DNA from: Chiloscyllium plagiosum
Lineage: Eukaryota
Assembly (NCBI RefSeq): GCF_004010195.1
Contig: NC_057718.1
Span: 25,882,402-25,941,882 of the forward strand
Length of the DNA stretch: 59,481 bases
Reading direction: 5' to 3'
Shown here: piece after piece, positions 35,746-48,906 of the stretch
Position numbering within the stretch: position 1 is the stretch's first letter
Layout of the letters: each line of letters begins with the position of its first letter
The notes under the pieces: model-generated
Seen by the model: only the letters and a program-made list of their open reading frames with translations
Told to the model about the DNA's origin: nothing
Database searches by the model: none
Made by a program: the position numbers and the translations under genes

Positions 35746-37513
35746 TTTGTTTTAACTTTGACCCTTTTCACAATCTGAGTCTGTTTGCCTATATTGTGTG
35801 ACATTAAAGTGTACAGTGAGTGCCCAGAGGAATTCCTGCACCACAAGGGAAGGTAAAATAAGACAAACACTGCAGCCCTAAAAGGAGAAATAAATGGGAG
35901 GTTAAAGGACATAGGAGCCTGAAAGGAATACTTGCAAACATCGCATGAGTTACAGTAGCGATGTTACACCTGAAAAGAGGTAAAAGAATATGAGCAGGTA
36001 CATCTTAGCCTTTTCTCATAAACATGCTGCTGAACAAAATTACAAACATTGACAAAGGGGTGATTAACTTTCCCAGTCTGGAAATCCCAGTGCTGCAACA
36101 GGCAGACAAATGGGGTGAATTACTAGCCTAGTCTCTTGGCTGTCATTTAGAGGTGATATAGTGGTGAAGGAGTGGGCTCCCTACCTTCAGAACAGTCAGA
36201 GGGTAATTTATCTCAAGGCACTGAGAAGGCAGTAGTTCACCCACCCAATATTTAAAATATGTTCTCCACTATACTTTCAGGCTGTATGATTTCAGGCTGC
36301 GCAACAGAGGTAGTACAACCTTCAGCATGAGGTACTTTGAGAAAAAAGATAAATCCACAGTTATGTATTCCAGTACTCCATATTAGGGATGCAAATCAAG
36401 CTTACTGTAATAGAAGCTGCACACAGTTTAAGATTTCCTGTGTCTGGTTCTTAACTAAGTTAGACAACCCGAACTATTGAAGCCCATAATTGATAGTTGG
36501 GATATTTTACATAGATTGCTTGTTTTTCTGTTAATGATTTCAGTACAATGAACTATTTAGGAGGTTAGGTGAAGTTAAGGCACAATACTTGGAAGGACCA
36601 TAGTTGAAGAAAGTAGCAGACAGCAGAATTTCAAGCAAAGCCTTTGGGCTCTGTAGACTTGTATTTTGTTGGCATCAAAGCAATTTGAGATGATCGGTGG
36701 TCTGAAAAATCTTGTATAAATGCAAGTCTTTATATTTCCTTTGCTTTCTGATATGCCTCATTGTCCCAATTAAATTCTGTGCACTGAAGAGAGAATGGCA
36801 GAAGCAATTTGAAAATTAAAGGGAAGATGCAGAAACAATTAGGGTAGAATTAACAGTGATTATAAGGCTGATGGTGTAGCTGTTTACAATTAACATCAAG
36901 GTGGGTAAAAGGATAACGAATTCCATAGGCACAAGAGGCTAAGAATAACTGTACTGTAAAATTTCTCTCAATATCTTCAAAGTAGAATGATCAGATTAGG
37001 ATCTGCAAAGCAGCAAAGGTAGAAATAATAATTCAAATACATGAAAAGTGATTGTTTAATTTAAATTGTGAAGCATAGTCTAAGGACAAATATTATTAGC
37101 TTTAGCAATTCATAATTGTTCCTAATTAGAAAATGGTGTAAATTTGACAAGTTATTGATTTGATATGAATAGCTTGTTGAAAAAAACCAACCTTGAAACT
37201 TTATGCAGATCCATAGGTGAAATCATTTTAAGAAACTAAAATACAGGGCTAAATTTTACAAGAAGTTGTTGAAGAGTCAACTTTGGTGCGGTTCGTGAAG
37301 AGCTTCTCTCCACTAGCCCCGAAGAACTCACTCACACAATCCAAACCCGCCACATCAATCCCACGATGACCTTCTCCCACTTGCCCCAATCAGAAGTATT
37401 GGCCACTGTCAGGGCCTCCAGGATTCCTGGCGCCGTCGCCATCTTTGAAACTCAAGCATACATTTGGTCAAGCAATGACAATCCGCAGCTGATCTGCACA
37501 GTTTTTTTTATCA

Positions 37514-37820
37514 TTTGATTTGATTTGATTTATTATTGTCACATGTACTGAGATACAGTGAAAAGTATTGTTTTGTGTGCTATCCTGTCAAATCATGCCT
37601 TACATAAGGGTAATAGAACAGAATGCAGAATATAGTGTTACAGCTACAGAGAAGGTGCAAAGAAACTTAAGTATCAACTTTAATATATGAGAGGTCCATT
37701 AAAAAGTCTGATAATAGTGAAGAATCTGTTGGCATGTGTTTTCAAACTATTGTATCTTCTGCCGAATGGAAGGGTGTGGAGGAGACTATACCCGGGGTGG
37801 GAGTGCTTTTTGATTATATT
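37514..37820 (-). mobile_element. Rex1/Babar-type LINE 3' end
   Basis: (TTTGA)n tail, and ACTATTGTATCTTCTGCCGAATGGAAG encoding LPFGRRY antisense; homologous to 4488-4762. Confidence 0.7.
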
Positions 37821-38709
37821 GGTCCTGTCAATTCCCCAGGCAAATGGACTTTACACTGGGAACCTGATGGATTGGAGCATTTGAGGTTGCGGGAAATAGG
37901 GGGAGTGGTTAGTGCATGTGGTCACTGCCCATGGAGCTTGAGAGGTTAGTGACTAATGGAAGTTTGGAGAAGTTCTGACCTTAATGTTGCGAATTGTGAG
38001 CATCTAGTTTCTATCCAGTGACTGGGAGAATTGGCAACAGCATATCAATGAGTTGAGATAATGTCATGAAGAGGATGTTAAATGCATGCAAATACATCTC
38101 TTGCTGCTCACTGGCAAGAATCAGAACTCCGTTTTCAATGCTAAATTTGAAATTGAGACCCTTTGTTCTGGATGCTGGGATCTATTTCAATGGCCATTTT
38201 CCCAACCGTTTTGCCATTGCCTGTGTCATTGAGGGGCTGGGAAGATTCTGTCAAGAGTTTTTTTACAATAATTTTGTTTAAATCAGGAAACACAATACAG
38301 AACCAAAGCAAATGGGTCACAAGTTCTTTCTGCTTTGCAATCTCAAATGTGCTGATTGTCGGTCTGAAAAAGAGAGGAAGATTGGACAGAAAACCATTAT
38401 GCCGGACTGTGATTATTATATGCATGTAAATTTCCTCTAGGATTTAGCAGTGTGTATGCTTCAGGACTCTCAAAGCAACAATGTATTAAAAGCTAATAAC
38501 TATTTGCCATCAGAAAAGACTGTGATCAACTTTTCAATGATTATGTTGATTACAGGTTAAGTAGAGGCTATCCCTGCATAAAGTTGGTTAACAGCTGTAT
38601 GGGAGCACCACATGACAAACAGAGCAACAATAAGTTACTTATTACTGGGGACCACTTTGTGACCAAATTTATTGAAGGTACCAGCAACATTCGATTAACA
38701 GAGAATGGG

Positions 38710-39038
38710 AATCATGGTAGCTCAGTGGTTAGCACTGCTGCCTCACAGCACCAGGGACCAGGGTTCGATTTCAGCCTCGGACGACTGTCTGTGTAGAATT
38801 TGCACATCCTCCCCATGTCTGCATGAGTTTCCTCCTACAATCCAAAGATATGCTGGTTAGGTAAATTGACCATGGTAAATTGTCCATAGTGTTCAGGGAT
38901 GTGTAGGTTAGGTGCATTAGCCAGGGGTAAATATAGAATAATGGGGTAGGGGAATGGGTCTGGGTGGGTTGCTCTTCGGAGGGTCAGTGTGGACTTGCTA
39001 GGCCAAAGGGCCTGTTTCCACACTGTATGGATTCTAAT
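38710..39038 (+). mobile_element. HE1 SINE
   Basis: A and B boxes, V-domain and tail as in the other copies. Confidence 0.9.
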
Positions 39039-39439
39039 GTGGGTGGCCCAGTTACAGCGGAGAATGTTTGTGGCCCCAAGGAGAATGGGGGACACCTCTC
39101 AAGGTTTCATCACATGTCATGCTGCCACCACTGTCTATTGCTTGTCAGAGATATTTTTAACCTTAATGAGGAATCGTACCGTCACTGATATGGTTATGTG
39201 TTCTTGTTATAAAGTGACTTACAACTACTCTCCAGCCTGACAACAGGACTACCAGTTACTGTCAAAATGGCAAGGACCTTCTGTGAGATGGGTATGATTT
39301 GGCGCCGATGAAATTCCAATTTAATAAAAATGCATTGATCTAAATTTTACAGGATGCTGTGTTTCCTGCCCCCTGCAAATAAAAATCCTGGGGGTGGGGG
39401 TGGGAGGTTTTGGGAGCCCACCTAGGATTTCAATTGATG

Positions 39440-40325
39440 CCCTGTTTCAGTTTAATAGTGGGAGCAGCGTCGGTGCTTTAGTGCTGTGCAGGGGACAGTT
39501 TCCAAGCTTGTGGATGATATGAAAACTGTGAGGAGGAAAGTGTAGAACTTCAAAGGATGTTGACAAGTTGGACGAGTGGGCAGGCAGGCAGCAGATGAAG
39601 GTCAATATGGAGAAGCATGAGGTGATGCAAAGAACATAAAGAGATAGTATAAATTGCAGGTTGTTAGCCTAAAAGGTGTGCAGAAGGAGATAGACCTGGA
39701 TTTACAAGTAATTATGTCACTAAAGGTAGCAGGACAGCAGAGAGAACTGTTAATAAATCATACAGTGACCTTGGCTTCAAAAATAAGGGCAAATAGTACA
39801 GGAGCCAGAGTATGCTGAGCTTGTAGCAGAATTAAACCTCAGCTGCAGTATTGTGTGCAGTGGGGAGGCCATACTTTAGGGCATGGGTAGGAAAAAGTGC
39901 AGTAGAGGTTTTTAAGAATAGTTCCAGGGATGTGGAACTCGGTTATGAAGATAGATTGAAGGACTTGGGACTGCTGTCCTTGGACAGGAGAACACCAATG
40001 GAAGATTTGAGAGAAGTTTTAAAAATCATGAGAGATTGAACAGAAAGAAACTTCTCTCTCATAAAATGATTGAGAATGAGACATTATAGATATAAACTAA
40101 TTTGAAAAGGAAATAAATATGATGTGAAAAACAATTCAAACCGTGGTTAGTTGGGGTTTGGAAGTGCAGAGGAGGCAGGTTCAATTAAACCAATCAAGAG
40201 GGCATTGGATGATTTTTTAAAATATAGAAATAATATTCAGCTTTATTCGAAAAAGACAAGGGAATGACACTGAGTCATGATGTGCGTTCAGAGAGCCGGT
40301 GTAGTTTTAATGATCTCTATGGCCT
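39440..40325 (+). mobile_element. Old CR1 3' relic
   Basis: SK.VDD.K, LQ.DVDKL.EWA, P.LQYCVQ and YEDRLKDLGLLSL.RR...DL.EVLKIM remnants. Confidence 0.75.
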
Positions 40326-40344
40326 CCTTCCACCACAAAACAAT

Positions 40345-40980
40345 ACAGACAACTAAACTGGACTCACCACATAACTACAGCGGCTACAAGAGCAGGTCAA
40401 AAGCTAGGAATACTGCAGCAAGTAACTCACCTCCTGATTCTTCGAAGCCTATCCACCATTTGCGGAGGAGTGTTATGGAATACTCCCCACTTGCCAGGAT
40501 GAGTTCAGCACCAAGAACACTTGGCACCATACAGGACAAAGCAGTCTGCTTGATTGGCACCACATCCACCACAAGCATCCATCCCCTCCACCATCGATGC
40601 TCAGTAGCAAAGTGTGTACTATCCACAAGATGCACTGCAGTAATTCGCCAAAAATCCTCAGACAGCACCTTCCAAACCCATGACCACTTCCATCTAGAAG
40701 GACAAAGGCAGCAGATATGGGACATATGGAATATATGGGAACACCACCACCTTCAAGTTCCACTCCAAATCACTCACCATCCTAACTTGTAAATATATCG
40801 CCGATTCTTCACTGTTGCTATTCAAAATTCCCTCCTAATGGCATTGTAGATCAATACGGTGGACTGCAATGGTTCAACTAGACAGCTCACCACTACCTTC
40901 TCAAGGTCAACTAGGGATGGGCAATAAATGCTGGCCCAGCCAGTGATGCCCACATCCCACAAAAAAATGAATAAATAATA
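40345..40980 (+). mobile_element. CR1-clade LINE 3' end
   Basis: RSVMEYSPLA.MS.AP..L..IQDKA..LI..LHHR..VA C-terminal motif; tail GGGCAATAAATGCTGGCCCAGCCAGTGATGCCCACATCCC. Confidence 0.8.
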
Positions 40981-41597
40981 AAAGAAATTCTGTCATTCTG
41001 TCCCTACCTTGGGAGAAGTTCAGCCTGAAAGAGCCACAGTCCACAGTCTCAATCACACAAGGCAGGGCCAGTGGTCACTAACAGTCCCTCCACACCAAGG
41101 TGCTGCTGGGTCTAGGCCAAGCTCTTGCCAAGCTGGCGAATGGGTAGCTAAGTTTAAAGAAAAGCTCTGGAGATGTGTTCATTAGGGAAAGGTGGTAAAT
41201 TATTTTGTGGGTGGGAATTGTGCTTCTGATGGCACAGGAAGTTGCAAAGTGAGGTGACCCTCCCCCTTGCCCGACACTAGCCCATGTAGATAAAGCTGCT
41301 CCATCTTTCCAGCATTCAGCTGGTAAAATCCTGAAGGTGTGAGATGAGGCTCTTCAGTGGTCATTAATTGACCAGTACATTTCAATCATCTCAAGCAAAA
41401 GTGAGCACCTCGATAAGTCCCTCACTCCCTTCTCCCAGTAAAATTTCAGTCAAGTTGGGTGAGGGGTGTGGATGGATCACAGACAGATTTTCAGCTTTTA
41501 TGAGCTCCCCGCCTTCAAACCTGCCAGAGCAAGAGTATACAATCCTGCCTCTTCATCTATTTATGCCAGAAAGAGGCAGCATATTGTTTGCCCCAAA

Positions 41598-41771
41598 TTG
41601 ATATAAGGCATTGGTGCTTGGTTGGGAGAAAATTGGGAAAGTTAGCAAGAGCAGAGAAAAGGATGGTGGAGACAGAGGCAGTGATAATGATGGACCTGGT
41701 TTCAGAAACAAAGGAATCCAGAATCTCTTTAGACTTCAGAGCCAAAGGCAGGAAATAGAGGACGTGGTGCA
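41598..41771 (-). repeat. Inverted copy of 42934-43086 (L2-like relic sequence)
   Basis: Core 41632-41771 versus the reverse complement of 42934-43073 has about 16 mismatches in 140 bp. Confidence 0.85.
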
Positions 41772-42382
41772 GAAAACGCTTGACTGTATGATTGGACTCG
41801 GTTCCCATGCTAGAGTTTCTGTGAAGAACCCTGAAGAGAATTATTGGCAGGTGGGAGTTGGAGGGATGGGAGTGCCATGGAATGTCAAGGCTGACGGTTA
41901 AGGACAGCCTTCTCACCCAGAAGCCAGTTGAGGCCCTTAAGTAGCCAACTAAGGGTCAATTGGTGTCTCTTCCTAGTGTCACTGGCAGAAGTGGGAATCA
42001 GTGATGGTACTCTCTGCAGTAAAAGATGATCCTCCAGCCTGGCCCTTCTGATTGGGCAGCTTGCAACCCATGGATGTCTATCCCCATAAAGAGGATGCTC
42101 CACCCCCTCCCAAAATCATTGGGGCTTGCCTACTAGCTTCTGGGGAGTCTGACTCTGACCCTCTTCCATCTCTGGGCAGTGTCCATGATGCTGCAGCAGG
42201 CTGCTTGCAATCCCAGCAGTGGCTATTCCTCCTGATAGAACTGAAGAGCTGTGGGCACTCTGAATGGCTGCACCATTTGGAGCTGATGTCTCCAGCCTTA
42301 AAAGGAAGGGAACTCCAATGTCAGGCAGTTAAATGCCTGATGGATAACGAATTGGGTCAGGGCTCCTAGGTTTCTATTTCCT

Positions 42383-42441
42383 CCCCCCCCCCCCCCCCCC
42401 CCCCCCCCCCACCTCCCCCCCCCCCCTCCACCACCCCCACC
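42383..42441 (+). repeat. Poly-C tract
   Basis: C28 at 42383-42410 followed by further C runs. Confidence 0.95.
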
Positions 42442-42933
42442 ATTTCACTCCTCACAGCAAAACCAATGCCACTCACATTAAATTCCATTCCTGGTATACT
42501 CTGTAGCACTTGTGCATGGCTGGAGTTTCGAGGGGCAGGTGTACATATCAGTGGAATGGTGAGGATTTTCAAGGTCCATATGTACTATTGAACAACAGTA
42601 TACATAAAACTTTTAAAAAAAGGTATGTATGGGCTTTTATATATATATTATAGCTATGTATATGAGAAATAAAGTGAGCTTTCAAATTTTTATGTCTCTG
42701 ATAAGGAAAAGTACATTTGGGAAATGCATGAGAGAAGATGGTGACCAGTGATGCAAGACATATTGAATACACCACACATAATGGCCAAGAGCTGCTGAAT
42801 TGAATTACAAAAGGGGAGTTATAACTCCCTTCATATCACTTCTTCTCATTAAGATAAATGGAAATGAAATTCAATATGAATTTCCAAGATCATCTGAAAG
42901 TGCAAAGCAATCTCCAAATCTTCTTTCTCACCA

Positions 42934-43086
42934 TGCACCACGTCCTCTATTTCCTGCCTTGGGCTCTAAAGTCTAAAGGGGCTGTGGATTCCTTTGTTTC
43001 TGAAATCAGCTCCATCAGCACCATTGCCTCTGTCTCCTCCATCCCCTTCTCTGCTCTTGCTAACTTTGCCAATTCCTTATATCAAT
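42934..43086 (+). repeat. Partner of the 41598-41771 inverted repeat; probable L2 LINE relic
   Basis: Peptide DSFVSEISSI..IAS resembles the L2 EN-RT linker (DFF..KI..IR); family assignment is tentative. Confidence 0.6.
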
Positions 43087-43114
43087 GTTTCTACCCAGTT
43101 TTTCAATCCTCACT

Positions 43115-43387
43115 CAACAGGCCCTTCGGCCCAAGTCCACACCGACCCTCCGAAGAGTAACCTATGTTTACCCATGAACAATGCGCCTAACCTACAAATT
43201 CCTAAACACTATGGGCAATTTAGCATTTCCAATTCACCTACTCTACACATCTTTCGATTGTGGGCGGAAACCCACACAGACACAGGGCGAATGTGCAAAC
43301 TCCACACAGTCAGTCCCCAACGCTGGAATTGAACCCAGGTTCCTGGCATTGTGAGGCAACAGTGTTAACCACTTAACCACTGTGCGG
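43115..43387 (-). mobile_element. HE1 SINE
   Basis: Reverse-complement HE1 with internal deletions. Confidence 0.85.
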
Positions 43388-44974
43388 TCTGTTTGTTCTA
43401 ACCAGACATGTTTTCCCTTTTCTGGTGGCATGTTTATTGGTATTGTCAATTTATTACATTATTACTTTTTCTAGCTCATTCAAACTTCCATCAAACCTCT
43501 TTAAAAGGGGCACTCTTGACTTCTTCATTTTCTGTATTATTTTCTCACCAGCCTTTTCTCTCATTCAACAATTAGTTCATTCCCATCCAATTCCAACCTT
43601 TATTTTTTCACATCTCCATTATTGTAAATTGGCTGTTTTTCTCGTGTACTCGAGAATTTCAGCTTTAGAATTTAGATCACTTTCACAAGTGAATTCCAAA
43701 TCCCTCGAGCTTTCCTATCTACATAAATATTTGTTTGCTTACCTGAGGTAATGAATAGAAAGCCCGGTTTGTGAAGCACTTTTAAGATACTGGAATTATT
43801 AAAAAGCTTTCACAAGAGCTCCCTCCTGTCTTCATAAAGTAATAAAACACCTCATCAGGCCTTGTTCTAATTTAAATCATGTTGTCTTAAAGTATCAACA
43901 CAATGAATGATGATTATGTAACCATCCAATATATTTACAGTGGATTTTGTCAATGTATTTATCTTCAAAAGACCAAACAATAAAAGGTGATAAATATGAT
44001 GGTTTACATATCCCTTCCCTTTTCTTAACAAAGAAGATTTCATTGCAACCCTTCCCTTCCTTCATTAACACCTCCCTCTCTTCCAAAAGGTTTAAATTTA
44101 TTCAACTGAGCACCGTTAAAGTGATTTTCACAGTTCACACACTTTTAGGCCAATTTTATCACGATTTTCTCTGCTTGTCTCTTGAAAGGGACGAAGCATG
44201 ATGAGCTAAGACCTAGGTTTCTAGCAATAGTGCCTCATGAGAATTCTTCATGTGTGAACTCAACAGGCTATTAAATAATCTCAACCGCTGTTGACCTTAC
44301 TTTGCTTTCACTAATGACATTTTCTGGGATGATTCACTGGAAAGGACTCAGGAGTTGGAATCCTAGTTACTTTATATCCTTTCTGCCCTGAAGTTGTTAT
44401 CTGTTGTGGCCATCCTGCTTGGGATCAGGAAACTGTATTGAATAGGGGATATCCAGTGTCATCATAGGTGGTGCGTTTTTCTTCTGAGGTTGTGTAAAAC
44501 AATGTTAGAAAACTAAGGTGAAAGAAAGAACCAGATATGTTCGTGTGAAATCTTTCACGCTGTCTGAATGTTCGAAATGCTTCACATCCAATGGAGTAGT
44601 TGTTATAATTTGGCATTGTTTCAAGAACTCAGGCCTGTACCTTTAAGATGGTTGCATCGCGCCTCAACATGAGATATTCTGATATGAAGGTACCCATCTC
44701 ACCTGCAGTTTCTCTGTCAGTGTCATGGAGTCTGAGCAGTGTCTTCAGTCAATCAGGTATACATATGTAATGTACTGCAATGTTTGTAGCACAGAACCCA
44801 GTATTGATGTATGCTTCAAGATATGTCTCAAATAAGAATGTCACATTTTGCTATACGTATGCACAGACGAACAAAAAAAACCCACAAAGCATATCATGAT
44901 GGCAATAAGTGGGCATGAAAAGGGTGGTTGTGACAGCTAGTTAATGTCAGTACATGGGTTCTCGCCTGTAATGA

Positions 44975-45507
44975 GGGGCACATGGTGGCTCAGTGGTTAA
45001 CACTGCTGCCTTACAGCGCCAGGGACCCAGGTTCAATTCCAGCCTCGAGTGACTCTCTGTGTGGAGTTTGCACATTATCCCTGTGTCTGGATGGGTTTCC
45101 TGTGGACACTTGGGTTTACTCCCACAGTCCAAAGATATGCAGGTCAGGTGAATTAGCCGTGCTGCATTGCCCATAGTGTTTAGATGCATTAGTCAAGTGT
45201 AAATGTAGGGGAATGGGTCAGGGTGGGTTACTCTTCGGAGGGTCGGTGTGGACTTGTTGGGCCAAATGGCCTGTTTCCACACTGCAGGGAATCGAATCTA
45301 ATGTCTCCGTGGGTTTGCTCCAGTTTCCTCGCACAGTCCAAAGCTGTGGATTGGCCATGCTGAAATTGTCTGTAGTGTTTAAGGACGTGTAGGCTAGGTG
45401 GTAATTCTGGGGTTACGGGAAAAGGTATGGGTTAGGGTCTGGGTGGAATACCCTTCAGAGGGCTGAATGGCCTCCTTATGCACTGTAGGGCTTCTGTAAT
45501 TCTATGA
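44975..45507 (+). mobile_element. HE1 SINE (44975-45302) followed by a 5'-truncated second copy
   Basis: Full copy, then GTGGGTTTGCTCCAGTTTCCTC...GGCCTCC..CACTGTAGGG..ATTCTATG. Confidence 0.85.
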
Positions 45508-46199
45508 ATGTTTAAACAGGATAATGCTGCACAAATGAATGATGAAAAGCAAGCATTCAACTATGGACAGGCAATCTATTGACATTCTGTCAGAACTTCA
45601 GTTATATAAGGAAAGTTTCAATGTTTATTTTGTTAATCATCAGATTACTGACAATGGATGATAAATAGTCAAACAGCTTCTCACTTTGGCAACCGAAGAC
45701 TTGAGAAGAATAAAATACTCTGGTATTTCTGACGATGATCAGAAAAGGTCCTGACAAAAGTTTTATTTTAGAAGACCACCATAAAGATCCTGTCAACTTC
45801 AGGAAACATGGGCTTGAGTTCACATCATACTGCCAAAAGACAGATGAAATGTTCAAAAATTTGTAGGCAGGTGCCACTGCCAAGTTACAGAAATTATTTA
45901 CTCAAAGCTAACTCAGTTAAAAGGCTGGTGTATAGGGTCATTTCCCCTATACACTCCTCAAATCCTTAAGCAAAGCACTTCTGCACAAACCCAAAGATTA
46001 TACCATTGTTGCACTGCCAGAAGAAGGATGCAGATTCGAACTAACTGTAGCAGGCCGACAGTGCAAGTGCTTGACTCTGAAACATTGTAACTCACATCAT
46101 TCTCAGTAGAGCAAAGAAATGTTGAATGAGGTGTGGTCTGTCTCACCCGTCAAGATTGTGTCCAACATTTGTGATATCTGAAGCTAGATTCTGCATAAG

Positions 46200-46625
46200 G
46201 ACATTGGATTAAAGTGCAAAAGCAAAGAATCCCAGAAGCAACCTTTTGACAATTACTGTTCCACCGACTGCTCTTCATTAACCACTCAGAGATATTGATT
46301 TGCGTATATTTTAACTTGTGCTTTGGCTTGCTTGTTATTCCTAATCTGTGTGTATGTAAGTTGTATTATTTATTTAGTGTTTTGTATTAATAAACTCATT
46401 ATTTTGTTAATTCACAAAAGACTGGCTGAATCAGCTCCTTTTAAACCAAATTCATTTGGTCTGGGAACCACAAGGGAAGAATCCTTTTTAAATTAACATT
46501 TTCTGTGATGAACTGAGAGGTGGGAGAATGAAGAAAGGGAGCCAATTCTTCCTCACCCAGAAATGTAGCGAATTAGGGGAGCCATCTCAAACCATCATAA
46601 CTTGGGGTGCCTTGGCCAGGATCTG
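46200..46625 (+). mobile_element. Possible degraded LTR 3' part with PBS-like sequence
   Basis: AATAAA near 46389, then ...CATAAC followed by TTGGGGTGCCTTGGCCAGGAT, which loosely resembles a tRNA-Pro PBS. Confidence 0.3.
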
Positions 46626-47215
46626 GACATAACAATCCACATACGCCACATCCATTCCATTTCCCCAAATCACTATATCTGTTATCTTCTGAAAAGTCTT
46701 TATCAAAAAGGCATTGGCACTAAAATTATTTAATGAACTTGTAAAACATTATCAAGTAACCGTACATCTCAAGCAAACAGCATGTTGGATAAGTCCCTTG
46801 GCTTGACGTAAATCTTCCCTAAGGCACTGCTTTTGAACTTCACTGGATTTCATCTGTCAATGAACTTGATTGTCACTTACAATTGAGTTAATCCTGTGAG
46901 GACACTAACACATTAGAAAAAAATCCTTTCAATGTTTGTTGAGTATCAATTTATGTTCAGGAAGGTTATTTCTTGTCCAATTAATTTAACTTAATATGAC
47001 TTGTTAGGTATCTGTCACTCCATGTTAAACTAATCCTCCTGTTGTGTTGCAAATCTTGTTTATGTTTGTTGAATTTTTAAAAAAAATAATTAAATCAACT
47101 CAATCCAATGTGGTGGATACCCTTGAAAGAACAAGGTGCACATATTGATCAACTGACTTAAAAATTAGAGAGTGTAGAAAACCATTCTACTACTGACTGA
47201 AGGAAAGCATTTAGG

Positions 47216-47495
47216 ATGGCATGGTGGCCCAGTGGTTAGCACTACTACCTCACAGCACTAGGAATCTTGGTTCAATTGCAGTTTCAGGTGACTATCTGTG
47301 TGGAGTTTATATGTTCTCCCCATGTTTGGGTGGGCTTCCTCTGGCTGCTCCAGGTTCCTCCCAAAGATGTATGGGTAAATTGCCCATAGTGTCCAGGGAT
47401 GGGTTGGCCATGGTTAGGATAAGAATGGAGTCTGGGATGCTTTTCGGAGGGTTTGTGCAGTCTTGATGTGCCAAATGATCTTGTTCTGTATTCTA
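47216..47495 (+). mobile_element. HE1 SINE, diverged
   Basis: GGCATGGTGGCCCAGTGGTTAGCAC...TGTGGAGTTT..TTCTCCCC. Confidence 0.8.
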
Positions 47496-47497
47496 AG

Positions 47498-48030
47498 AAT
47501 TGTATCTTCCAATTGGAAAGATGTTGTGATACTTGAAAGCGTTCAGAAAAGATTTATAAGGATGTTGCCAGGGTTGGAGGATCTGAGCTACAGGGAGAGG
47601 CTGAACAGGTGGGGGCTGTTTTCCCTGGAGCGTCAGAGGCTGAGGGGTGACCTTATAAGAGATTTACAAAATTATGAGGGGCATGGATAGAGGAAATAGG
47701 CAAAGCCTTTTCCCTGGGGTCAGGGAGTCCAGAACTAAGGGCATAGGTTTAGGGTGAGAGGGGAAAGATATAAGAGACACCTACGGGGCAACTTTTTCAC
47801 ACAGAGGGTGGTACGTGTATGGAATGAGCTGCCAGAGGAAGTGGTGGAGGCTGGTACAATTGCAACATTTAAGAGGCATTTGGATGGGTATATGAATAGG
47901 AAGGGTTTGGAGGGATATGGGCCGGGTGCTCGTAGATGGGACTAGAATGCGTTGGAATATCTGATCGGCATGGACGCGTTGGACCGAAGGGTCCGTTTCC
48001 ATGCTGTACATCTCTCTGACTCTATGATCT
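47498..48030 (+). mobile_element. CR1 3' fragment
   Basis: LESVQKRFIRMLPGLEDLSYRERL, RGNFFTQRVVRVWNELPEEVV, and a CTCTATGA tail. Confidence 0.92.
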
Positions 48031-48727
48031 ACATTCTTTTGACAGTTTTGATATAATCTGGACATTACCATTGATGTTGCCAATAACATATGTCCTTTAT
48101 GAACTTAGGGAGGAATGAATGGGGCACATAGTACGTGATACAACAGCGTAACAACTTTGCATAAAAAAGCTAAATTCAATTTATAATTAAATGTATCTTA
48201 TAATCCATTGGCTTCGTTAATGCTGGCAGAATTATTATACTAATCCAATGCGCATAGTTTGTAATGTTCAAATGTTGGTGTTTGTACTAAGAATATTGAT
48301 TTCTGAATGGCATTATGGCAGCTGCCACAGGCTGGGTAACTTAAAACCACAAGTTGATCAACTAGGGAAGGGAGCAATAGTTCTTCATTAAACTCGGTGA
48401 AAATTGGAAATTACCTGACTGAGGAGAAAGACCTGTAGAGGGTATCCAATAAAATCAGGTGATGCAAAAGGTAGACCATCAGTTCCTACTTATCCAGCAC
48501 AGGCTAGGTATATCTATTTTCATTGGCTGATAGAATAAGCAATGTTGACTCCAGCTGCCACCTTCACAGAGGCATATTGCAATGGTGCTCTACAATGTTT
48601 ACCAGTGGAAAGAAATGTGAAGTAGTGTAATACTTTGCAGTATGAGAATGTAGAATGATAATCCCACTGTATGAGTTTTGTGATAGAATATTACTGTAGC
48701 AGAACGTATGTGATTCAATCTATTACG

Positions 48728-48906
48728 AAGTTAAAAATCAGAAAACACTAGGTTATAGTCCAACAGGTTTATTTGGACACACAACCACCTAATGAAGGAG
48801 CGGTGCTCCGAAAACTAGTGCTTTCAAATAAACCTGTTGGAGTTTTATCTGGTGTTGTGTGATTTTTAACTTTGTACACCCCAATCCAAAACTGCCATCT
48901 CCAAAG
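48728..48906 (+). mobile_element. Penelope-derived element (second family) with inverted 5' arm
   Basis: CAC-CTAATGA-A-GGAGCGGTGCTCC-GAAAACTA-GTG decayed hammerhead; approximate TSD CAATCTATTACGA / CAATCTTTTACAA. Confidence 0.8.

Noticed and set aside
41890..42370. GC-richer blocks (also about 22960-23450, 27740-28370, 41020-41560) as a promoter or CpG island
   Set aside because: They are CpG-depleted and look like old repeat relics; I could not assign a family from sequence alone.
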